Part shown: in pieces, positions 28,145-36,900 of the stretch
Layout of the letters: each line of letters opens with the position of its first letter
Numbering within the stretch: position 1 is the stretch's first letter
Assembly: GCA_041178085.1 (NCBI GenBank)
Contig: JBEGVZ010000068.1
Location: 1-39,427 of the forward strand
DNA from: Pseudomonadota bacterium
GTDB lineage: Bacteria; Bdellovibrionota_B; Oligoflexia; Oligoflexales; RGVZ01
DNA: 39,427 nucleotides
Reading direction: 5' to 3'
The notes under the pieces: model-generated
Database searches by the model: none
What the model was told of the DNA's origin: nothing
What the model saw: the letters and a program-made list of their open reading frames with translations, nothing else
Made by a program: the position numbers and the translations under genes

Positions 28145-29823
28145 GACTGGCTCCGGTCCGTCCTGGTGGGAGTTACTTCAACAGCAGCACAGGCGGCTTT
28201 GAGCTTTCGTCCGGGTGCCCCTGTCAACATTTGCCCTGCCAGCTCGCGCTGTTCTTCCAGGATTTCTGCCAACACCTGGCGCGTTGTTAGCGGGTTGGCA
28301 AGGACTACGCGAAACACTGTGCAGGCTTGTTCGTGATGCTGCGGCAACTCAAACCTTGTCCGTGAAACAAAGGTCTTTCCGCGCGCACGTTGGGTCTTTT
28401 GCAGTTGTTCGGTCAGTTCGCTGAGGGCGTCATTAATTCGTTGGGCCGCAGTGGGGCTCGCGTGAGACAAAGCGCTCCGCGCCCAGTCGGGCAAGTAGCG
28501 GTAAGTCAGCAAGTTCAATTCCGGGATGGTCGTCAGTTCAAAATCTGGTGTCGCCTGGATCATCTTGGCAAACTGCCCGGCCTTGCCGATGCCCAAGTCG
28601 ATCAGCATTTCATAGCCCCTGCGCCCCAGGACGTGCAGACCCGAATGGACCAGCATCGCCATGCCAGGGCGCGAGCCCTCCAGCGTGTGCTTGCCCAAAT
28701 CGCGCGATCCTTTGCGGATGATGTATTGGGCCGTTTGCTCGACCGCATCCAGGGCCAGCGGATCTTTGAACAAAGTCATCCCGGCTCCGACTGGGACGTA
28801 GAGTTGCTTGTGGGCGTCGATCGTCACTGAATCGGCGTGCTCGATCCCAGCCAATAAATCCCGGTAACGGTGCGAGAAAAGCGTCGGTCCGCCCCAGGCG
28901 CCATCGACGTGGAAGTGTATGCCGTGCTGCGCCGCGATATCTGCCATTTCCGCCAAGGGATCGACATGACCGGTTTCCGTCGTGCCGGCGACGCCCACGA
29001 GAGCTACGATCCCCACGCGACGGGATTTTAGTTCGTCGATCTTCCGGCGCAGGTCCGCGATGTCGATCTTGTGATCGATGGTGTTGACGGCGACCAGGTT
29101 CTTTTTACCAAGGCCCAGAATGTCGCAAGACTTTTTGAGCGAATAGTGTCCTCGTTTGCTTACGAGTACAGCGAGATCGTCAAACCCCCACGCGCGTAGT
29201 CCAGCGATCAGTCCGTCTTCAGAAACGCCAGCAAAACCGTCCCGCAGCGCCAGAAGGCGGTTGCGTGCGACCCACAGGCCCGTCAAGTTTGCCACCGTTC
29301 CACCAGAGCAGAAAACCCCCAAGGCGTGGTCCCGGTTTTGGATCCACTTGCGATAGAACGCGTCGCTGAAGCGCGCTGCGTCCTTGCCGTAGATCAAACG
29401 GTGCAGCATGCCCAAGACTTGCGATTCCAGCGGTGTGAAAGCCTTCGAAGTTTCGATTTTCACCGTATTTTGGTTGAGTGCGAACATGATCTTGGCCAGC
29501 GGCAGCATGAAGTAGGGAATGGCCGAAGTCATGTGCCCAATGAAAGCCGGGGATGCGGTATGCACAGATTGGGCTACGACTTTGTCGAGCAGGAATTTAG
29601 CCTGATCGGAGACAAAACAGGGATCCTCTGGCAGTGCCGAGTCCATGAAATCCTGTTCCAGTTTTGCGGGTGCGCGCTCTTCGCTGACGATGTGGTCGCG
29701 CAGAAATCCAGCAAGGTTACGCGAGATTTCGCGTTCGATTGCGGCAAGGGTGGACTCCTCGCCCTCGGGTACCGTGAAGACCCGCCTCAGGTGGTCAAGA
29801 GAGGCTTCCGCCTTTTTCATCAT
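28141..29823 (-). CDS. panP: Pyridoxal-dependent aspartate 1-decarboxylase (group II PLP decarboxylase)
   Basis: L.R.FT.PE...STL..IE N-terminus, FIGHMTSA.PYF, LNQN.VKIETSKAFT.LE, G.FCSGGT.AN.T.LW.ARN, HVDGAWGG, SVTIDAHKQLY (PLP Lys), TLEGSR, GK.FVSRT, VFR.VLANPLTT. Confidence 0.9.
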   Translation of the reverse strand: MMKKAEASLDHLRRVFTVPEGEESTLAAIEREISRNLAGFLRDHIVSEERAPAKLEQDFMDSALPEDPCFVSDQAKFLLDKVVAQSVHTASPAFIGHMTSAIPYFMLPLAKIMFALNQNTVKIETSKAFTPLESQVLGMLHRLIYGKDAARFSDAFYRKWIQNRDHALGVFCSGGTVANLTGLWVARNRLLALRDGFAGVSEDGLIAGLRAWGFDDLAVLVSKRGHYSLKKSCDILGLGKKNLVAVNTIDHKIDIADLRRKIDELKSRRVGIVALVGVAGTTETGHVDPLAEMADIAAQHGIHFHVDGAWGGPTLFSHRYRDLLAGIEHADSVTIDAHKQLYVPVGAGMTLFKDPLALDAVEQTAQYIIRKGSRDLGKHTLEGSRPGMAMLVHSGLHVLGRRGYEMLIDLGIGKAGQFAKMIQATPDFELTTIPELNLLTYRYLPDWARSALSHASPTAAQRINDALSELTEQLQKTQRARGKTFVSRTRFELPQHHEQACTVFRVVLANPLTTRQVLAEILEEQRELAGQMLTGAPGRKLKAACAAVEVTPTRTDRSQS

Positions 29824-30259
29824 TCAGGGCCTTCAGGAATTTCCGCAGTTGGTTTTCGCCGTGGTGGTCCAGCATCCACTTGAGGCGCAACATCATGTTA
29901 CCAGACCCATCGGGGGGCGGGACTATTTGCTCCAGTTTGGCCGGCAGCAGAGGCAGCGGCAAGTCAACGCCATCCAGCTGGATGCGGTAGATATCGCCTA
30001 CGGACAAAAGCCTTTCCGTTTCCGGGGGCAAGGGAGCAAGGTTGCACTGGGCGCGCAAAACCGTCGGACTGATGCGCGTCGCGACCATGTCAATGCTTAG
30101 CGCCCACGGGTCGAAGTCGATCACGATCCGCGCAGGCAGTTGGACGTCATCACAGCCCGGTCCACGTTCTTCCGAAGCAGCCTCAGCAAGCGCCTTCAGG
30201 CGTGACAGGTGATCCTTGTCGATCCGGGTTCCCGGAGTCTGTGGTCTGGTGTTTTCCAT
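29795..30259 (-). CDS. Hypothetical protein (154 aa), possibly a degenerate PilZ-like beta-barrel
   Basis: Overlaps the panP start on the same strand. Alternating hydrophobic strands ending in an amphipathic helix (QLRKFLKAL). No intact RxxxR or DxSxxG motif. Confidence 0.6.
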   Translation of the reverse strand: MENTRPQTPGTRIDKDHLSRLKALAEAASEERGPGCDDVQLPARIVIDFDPWALSIDMVATRISPTVLRAQCNLAPLPPETERLLSVGDIYRIQLDGVDLPLPLLPAKLEQIVPPPDGSGNMMLRLKWMLDHHGENQLRKFLKALNDEKGGSLS

Positions 30260-30403
30260 GGGGGAAGGATGACGGGAATTCGCGGGCACGGCAAGAAGGG
30301 TTTTCAACCGTGCCTTGGTCAGAGGGGGATCGGCATGGGTAGACGATCTTAGTCGATCAAGGTTCAGATATTATTAGCTTTTTAAAACTGCGCCCAAGCC
30401 GTT

Positions 30404-31207
30404 TTACAGCTCGAAAAGGTCGCAGCCAAAGCACATCACCGTTTCTTCCGGGGAAGGCAGGACGACTTCCCTGGTGGAGTGGATGAATTCCAGGACCATG
30501 GCCTTCAGTTTCTGCGCGTCTGCCGCGGACATTGAATAAAGCGTCGTGAAATGCACGTTCTTGCCTGATGGTGACAACTGCATGCGCTGGTTGGCGATGT
30601 TGCGCCAGATGTTGTGATAGCTGATGTTGGCCGGTGAATCGCTGTCGACATGGATGTTTTGCAGCACGGCTGTCAAATCCGAGCCATCGCGTTTGAGCAA
30701 ACCCATCGCCTCCATGTCGGCAACAGTTTTCTCGACGGTACGCTCATCGATGCTGAGTTTGCGAGAAATCGCCTTGACTGACTGGAATTCGGGAATCGTC
30801 GCAAGCATGTGAATCGACGGGTATAGCCAGGAAGCGTAATAACGGCTCTGGTTTGCATCGAGTACAACTTTTTTGGAGTCGATGCTGTCACTGAGTTTGC
30901 GTTTCTTCGCGCGCAGGCGTTGGATCTTCTCCGTCAAATAGCGCGAAAATTCGGCGTTGGTCGAACGTTCCCGCTGCACCAGAGAAATGAAGAAATCGGT
31001 GGCTTCTTCGTCGAAGTTCCAAAACCGGGCGATCCCGTGGGCCTGTTCGATGGTGAGATGGATGCTCCCGTGAAGCACCTGGGAGATGTGAGATGACTGG
31101 CACTGGGCAGCCGTCGCCAGCATTCCTTTATAACCCCGCGGACTCCCTGCAGTTTTCATCTGGTGGGCGATCACATCGCGGTATTTGTCTTTGTCGTACA
31201 TGCTCAT
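30404..31207 (-). CDS. TIGR02147 / DUF4423 family putative transcriptional regulator (N-terminal HTH)
   Basis: Y+D.., RG....LA.A..C.SS.ISQVL.G..HLT.EQA..IA, F..LV..ER, YY.SW.Y..IH, H..WR..A, HFT..S.S..D and C-terminal DLF pattern typical of Bdellovibrionota paralogs. Confidence 0.88.
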   Translation of the reverse strand: MSMYDKDKYRDVIAHQMKTAGSPRGYKGMLATAAQCQSSHISQVLHGSIHLTIEQAHGIARFWNFDEEATDFFISLVQRERSTNAEFSRYLTEKIQRLRAKKRKLSDSIDSKKVVLDANQSRYYASWLYPSIHMLATIPEFQSVKAISRKLSIDERTVEKTVADMEAMGLLKRDGSDLTAVLQNIHVDSDSPANISYHNIWRNIANQRMQLSPSGKNVHFTTLYSMSAADAQKLKAMVLEFIHSTREVVLPSPEETVMCFGCDLFEL

Positions 31208-31305
31208 TTTTTAAAAAAACCAAAAATTGGTTGGTGGTTTTTATAACAATCATGTATCTCCCTGCAAGCTCTGTTTGTAGAACCACCCCATCCCGAAAGG
31301 CCCGT

Positions 31306-31321
31306 TGGCCAGGGCTTTGCG
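31306..31321 (+). promoter_or_regulatory. Putative sigma54 -24/-12 promoter for the metalloprotease gene
   Basis: TGGCCAG-GGCT-TTGCG with exact GG-N10-GC spacing, about 70 nt before the start codon. Confidence 0.5.
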
Positions 31322-31393
31322 GGCGGAGAGCCGGCACATCAAAGAACACCGTGCCTGCTCAGATCAACAACAGAGTTTTTTGGAGATAATCCT

Positions 31394-32827
31394 ATGTTTT
31401 GTTTCAGCTATAAGTCGTCATCTAAGGGGGCGTTGACTGCCTCCTTGATGATCGCAGGAATGGGCTGGCTGTCAGTCGCATGTTCCATGCAAGGTCGGGA
31501 AAATCGTCGTGGGGACGAACGGACCTGGGAAGTTTCGGTGGGTGGCAACAAACCATCGTCGTCGGATCAAATTAGCGCAGTGCCCCCGGGCACGGAGCAG
31601 GTTCCAGAGGGTGGCGCTACGAGTGGCGGCGGATACGTCTACGGTTACAAATCCAACCCTTGGTTCCTGGGCAACACCAAGTCGGTCAATTACTGCATCG
31701 ACATGGACGAGTCCAATTTCGGCCCCAGCCGTGAGCAGGCCAATGCCTCGATCACCCGGGCTATCGGTCTTTGGAAGACGGCATTTTCTGCTCCGGGTAT
31801 TTTTCCCATACTGGAAGTCGAGCCAGCAGACGCGCTCAAGATCGGCCAGCAGGAATTCAACCTGGTTGCTTGCGATGCCGAATCCGTTGATATCCGCTTT
31901 CAATTTGGAAAGTTGACGGAGACCCAGCGAGCCACATTGGTGAAACCGACCAAGTACGTCGCATCTGCCGTTCAGACGGAATATGACGAAGAGCAGTTGC
32001 GCGGTAAGGGTTTTATCTATGTCGGTGCCGAGAAAGGATCTCTTCGGCCGGATGCTGATGACCTGGCAGAGGACTTCCTTTCCCACCACGATAACGTCGT
32101 TTTGGACGTGATCCTGGTGCATGAACTGGGTCACGTTTTCGGAGTGCCCCACAAATTGGGCACCGAGTTCCCGATGGGCGAAAGTGTTTGTGAGATGCTG
32201 GTTACCACCAAGTTCCGCACCCTCCTGGACTTCTTCAGTGCCTTGGACCCCAAGGAATCCCCTTATCTTGGGTACTCAAGCTACCGTGAGCTTGTTCAGA
32301 TTCAGATGCGGGATTTGTTTGCAGTCAACGGTCCTGCACGGCTCGGTATGGACGAGAGTGGCTTGAGGGTAAACCTGGGAATCAATCTGGATTTATCAAA
32401 AGAAAGCAGCGCGATCTTCACAGGGACTCTTGGGTCCGTGAGTCTTGTCAGTTGGTATGAGGATACATCAACCAATCCGCCGACGCACACCAAGGTCAGG
32501 GACTTGGTGAAATTCAAGAATACTTCCACGGGTGTTCATTTTCGCGATGCTCTGTACATGCGCCTGCCAAAAAGCCAGAAAGTTCTGAAGCTCAAAAATC
32601 CGGACGACTTCGGATCCGGCTTGCCAGGCACAACCAATGGCTCATTCATCGAACTTCCGCTTTTGCAAACAGTCGAAAGTTCGATGGCAGGAGAGATGAC
32701 GGTCATCGACACAGGAAAAGTGATTCCGGTTTCGTTGAAAACGGTGCCGCTATGGTTGGGCGGAGGCTTGATGGAGACGTTGAAGGGGCAGGCGGTTGTT
32801 GACGGAAAAATTGTCGAGATCTGGTGA
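31394..32827 (+). CDS. Putative metzincin-type zinc metalloprotease lipoprotein
   Basis: GGAG RBS. Lipobox LSVAC. HELGHVFGVPH matches HExxHxxGxxH, followed by a Met-turn candidate (FPMG). Confidence 0.82.
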   Translation: MFCFSYKSSSKGALTASLMIAGMGWLSVACSMQGRENRRGDERTWEVSVGGNKPSSSDQISAVPPGTEQVPEGGATSGGGYVYGYKSNPWFLGNTKSVNYCIDMDESNFGPSREQANASITRAIGLWKTAFSAPGIFPILEVEPADALKIGQQEFNLVACDAESVDIRFQFGKLTETQRATLVKPTKYVASAVQTEYDEEQLRGKGFIYVGAEKGSLRPDADDLAEDFLSHHDNVVLDVILVHELGHVFGVPHKLGTEFPMGESVCEMLVTTKFRTLLDFFSALDPKESPYLGYSSYRELVQIQMRDLFAVNGPARLGMDESGLRVNLGINLDLSKESSAIFTGTLGSVSLVSWYEDTSTNPPTHTKVRDLVKFKNTSTGVHFRDALYMRLPKSQKVLKLKNPDDFGSGLPGTTNGSFIELPLLQTVESSMAGEMTVIDTGKVIPVSLKTVPLWLGGGLMETLKGQAVVDGKIVEIW

Positions 32828-32867
32828 TTGTTTGTAAGGCGTCCATTTTTTGCGGAGATTATTTTCG

Positions 32868-32895
32868 TGTCCCGGCATTTTGTCGGGACATTTTT
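32868..32895 (+). terminator. Intrinsic terminator of the metalloprotease gene
   Basis: TGTCCCGGCA-TTT-TGTCGGGACA hairpin followed by TTTTT. Confidence 0.8.
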
Positions 32896-33267
32896 CATGT
32901 CCATCTCAGGTCCGCATTTCGACGCGGGCTGTTGGGGCGAATTGGGCGCGGTTCGACGATTTCCTGAAGAAGTTGGTTGTAGTGATGAACATCACAAAAA
33001 GTTGAGGTATGCGTTGATTTCTCCTGTTTCGTTTTGTAGTGGGAGTCAATCGCTTTAAATGAGTTAATCATGTCTTTCTTGACTTCAGGACTGACTTCGG
33101 CCGTACTCGTGGTCACTGCGCAGAGTGGCGTTGATCAGCACGATATGAATCAGTTTACGGAAAATTTTTCTGTGGTTGATGCGGAGTGCGGGCCTGAGCC
33201 AGGATCCGTTTCAATTTGGTGCCAGACCAGCCCAACACGGGGAAGTGGTGAGAGCCAGGACCACAAT

Positions 33268-33364
33268 TGGCAGGGTGAGCACATGCTTGTAATCGTCATG
33301 TCATCTGCAGGCACTCGTTATAAATAGCTGTATCTGGAGCAGTTAAGGATTTCAGGAGAGGGGC
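33268..33364. repeat. 97-bp degenerate direct repeat, copy 1
   Basis: Gapless manual alignment to 39097-39193 gives 81/97 identities. Confidence 0.9.
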
Positions 33365-33984
33365 GATTCTCAAAGGTGGATTTTGCTCGCGAAGGAGAAA
33401 CGTTGGTGCATCAATTTGATTCAAACTCCGTCGGAAGGGTGTCGCACCTTCGTTGGTTTGCCCAGGATACTCTGCAGTTTGAGCAGACATGTTCGGGTCG
33501 TTGGTGGGATTTTAGTGACTGCCGTCTGTGATTGCGATCGACGAAATAATTTAAGTTTTGTCAGTTTTTTGTAATTCGTCGAAATTTTTCCTTTGGCGAC
33601 GCACGACGAATCCTTAGACAGGCCGGTGATGCACTGACGCCAACGATGGCAGGGTGTCTTCTTTGTGCTTTTCGCAAGTGGCTCAATCGACCGAACGCAT
33701 CCAGTCACCCGGCTCAAATATCTGTCGCGGCAATTTCGGCCGGAACTTTTTTTAAATCGAACCCGTGTCGGATTGTAGCGGTTATGTTCGTGTCGCGATG
33801 ATTTGCCGGGATTTCTTTTTACGCAAACGCTGTCGAGTGTGACTCGTAAAGTCTATTGATGCCTTCCGGCCGCGCGTTACCCGGTAGGCTCTTCCGCAAA
33901 GCCTGCAAACATCTTCTTTTAACGCCTCAACGAGTGTCGGTTCGCTCATTAGGCGCGAATAGGTTTCACTGATCAAGCCATGCA

Positions 33985-36900
33985 TTAACGTCCAGCTCTT
34001 CTTAAGACCGGATAACCAGGGTCCTTGGACATAACCCAAGTAGAAACGAAATCCCAGCCGGTTGTCGCACCCGCAGGTGCAAAAGTATCCTGTAATTTCA
34101 TCTCCAGGGTAGTTTTGCCGCTAGTAGAATTACTCCCCGGACTGAGGGTCTGGCCAGTAACTTCCTTGTCCCAGAAGGACGAATTGATGGTGCCTTCGCT
34201 CAATTGGCCGAGAAGGCCCCCTTGGAGGCTAGTCTGCGAAGAGACAGGTCCCGACGCATAGCATGAATCGATTATCCCGCCGTTCCCGAATGTTTTAGCC
34301 AAGTATCCCACGAGTCCGCCGGCGGCGGAATTGGAGTTCACAGAACCTGATGAGTAACAATTACTGATCGTGCCCCAATTGCTTCCTGCAATTCCTCCTG
34401 CTCGGAAAAACGCGCTCACGTTGATGTTGGAGAATGATTCAGTGACTATACTGGATTCGTGGTTGTTTCCGACCAGGCCACCGGCTTGAGAGTCTTTAGC
34501 CGTAACTGTACCGTTGATCGCATAGATATTTTGGATCGCTGGTGCGGCCTTTTCCTCAAACGGGGTGCTGCCTGCCCCTGCGTATCCAACGAGCGTTCCT
34601 ACCGTACTTTTACCTGTGACATTGACTCCATTGAACCCCAAGTTTCTGATTTTTGCTGGGCCTCTAACGATGCGGAACAGACCGACATTGTCTTCCTCGG
34701 CCATGGATAGCTTCAGATTCCTGATCTCATAACCATTGCCATCGAACCCACCCGTAAATGGAGTATTACTGAAGGTGGCACCTCCTATCGGCTGGAATGA
34801 ATTTGTAACACCATCGAATGAGGACAGGTCTATATTATCCTTTAACACAAAGTTAAGGTTCCAATCCTGTGGACGACCACCAATTGCATTCAATTGTTTA
34901 GCGCTACAAATTTTGAATGGGTCGGCATAATCCCCTGTTCCGCCAGCATATGGGGTACTTGTCAACTTGGCGCCTTTACAGTATCGCGAAGCTGGCCCGA
35001 ACTTGATCAAGTAACCGTCTTCCTTCCCAATGATGGACTGCCCATTCAGGGAAGAACCCGCCTGGCCGGCCACAAGACCTGCGGCAAATACATTGTCAGT
35101 TCCTGACACCGCCAAATCCTTCACGCCAGGAGTCAGATTTTGACTTGTCCAACCTAAATTGAGGTCTCGCGAGTACTGATGCAGGGAGGCGTTAAAAAAA
35201 GAATTGGAGTAGCTTTCCGTGAATAGCACGAATACTTCGTTGTTAGGTCCTAGAGCGATGGCCGCGTTTGGTTTTGCTCTCTCATGACTGACTCGATTAC
35301 CTGGTGTGCCATCAGGGGAGTAGAACTCAACTGTCCTGTACCCGCCAAGATTTCCGACGATATAAATTCGTCCATCTTGCGCGACAGTGCCTGTCGTCTG
35401 GCCTGAAAGTCCCGTGTTTTTTGTCCAGATAGTTGTCCCCGATGGTGAGAATTTACTGATGGTATTGGTTGTGCTGAATCCCACGACACCTCCATCCTCG
35501 GAAGCGGCAATGCGTGAAAGGCCTGCCGCATCGACCTCCCACGCAAGCTTGCCGTCCTCTGAGTATTTTGCAAGCCTGGGACGCGAGGGCGGATTGTTAA
35601 TCATGTATAGTAAGAAACTCTCGCCTTTCCTGTTAAACGCCGCGTTAACTTGCGTAACGCTCTTACTGGAGGAAAAAGATTTCCATCTTATTGATCCCGA
35701 TGAATCGTGACTGGCAATAAAATAGCTGCCGTCAGGGCTTAGTCCGCCGACGTAGATGCTATCTGCATCGTCAACGCCCACATCGGATATTTTCCCGTCG
35801 CAGGAATTTTCCCCGAGTATGTTGGTGGATTTGCTCCAGATGGAATCGCCGGCAACGTTGACTTTGGTGAGAGAACCCATCGATGAGCAGCGCAAATCCC
35901 CGCGATAGACAGATTGGGCCAGGATGATATTTCCATCCTTGGATGATGCAATCGAAGGAACGCTGTCAGTCGAGGGGCCTCCAAAAATACGGGTCAAATC
36001 TTCAGTGTAGCCTTGACCCAGGCTTACGACGCGAACCGTTGCGGATAGTGAATCAGACACCCCATCGTTTACCTTGACCTGAAAGCTGTCTGTCGTTGGT
36101 AACCCGCTGTTTGGCTGATACGCAAATACGCCACCCACTTCATCAAGCAAGAACACTTTCCCATGCGTCGCTTGGGTGACAATCGAAAATTTTTTGTTCC
36201 CTGCGTAATCATCCCATACTTTATAAATAAGGCTTATGGTAGCGGTTGTAAGGTAATAGTCAGGGTTCTCCTGATACTCGACTGTCATTGTGGCGTCAGA
36301 AAGCCGTGGTGGATCGTTTACAGTCAACACATTGACAGTATAACTTGGGAGAGCAGTTCCTCCTTTCCCGTCGGAAACAAAGATTGTAAAGCCATCCTGC
36401 CCACTCCACTCCAAACGCGGTGTGTACGTGAATTCTCCAGTTGAAGAATTTAGTTGGAGGCTTCCATTCTGTGGCGGGGTAGACGCCAAAAAAACAAGCA
36501 CATCTTGATCTGGGTCGTTGGCAACTACCCTTCCCAAAAGGGGATCATCTTCGTTTATCGTCACTGAGCCGCCATACGCGGAAGGGGGGTCATTTACCGG
36601 CTGGATTTCGATTTTCACTGTCCCCGTTACGGAAAAAGATCCATCTGAGACCGAGAATTCAAAGGAGTCGGTACCATTCGCATTTGCGCGCGGTGTGTAT
36701 GAATATGCGCCGGTCGCCGAATTGGTAAGAACCACCGATCCTTTCAATGGTGTCGAGAGTATTTGAAAAAGAAGATTGCTGCTGTCTACGTCAGTGGCAT
36801 CGATTCTGCCCGACCTGCCAAAGTCTTCTGTTACGGTTAAGGACTGAGGTTGAACGGTCGGCGGGTCATTAATTGGGGTGATAGTTAAGCTTATCCACTG

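Noticed and set aside
30285..30352. GGCACGG/CCGTGCC hairpin and a CTAAG-N13-GCCGATCC sigma28-like motif upstream of the panP operon
   Set aside because: The hairpin lacks a U-tract and the promoter spacing is one base short, so neither is strong enough to call.
33268..33364. Repeat considered as an integron attC site, dif site, CRISPR repeat or group II intron domain V/VI remnant
   Set aside because: There are no paired RYYYAAC/GTTRRRY boxes forming a long stem, no XerD box (TTATGTTAAAT), only two copies 5.8 kb apart, and the GAGC...GAGAGGGGC similarity lacks the roughly 34-nt domain V hairpin.
33070..33490. Short ORFs 33070-33327 (+) and 33296-33490 (-) spanning repeat copy 1
   Set aside because: No RBS or recognisable motifs, and substitutions between the repeat copies show no codon-position bias.
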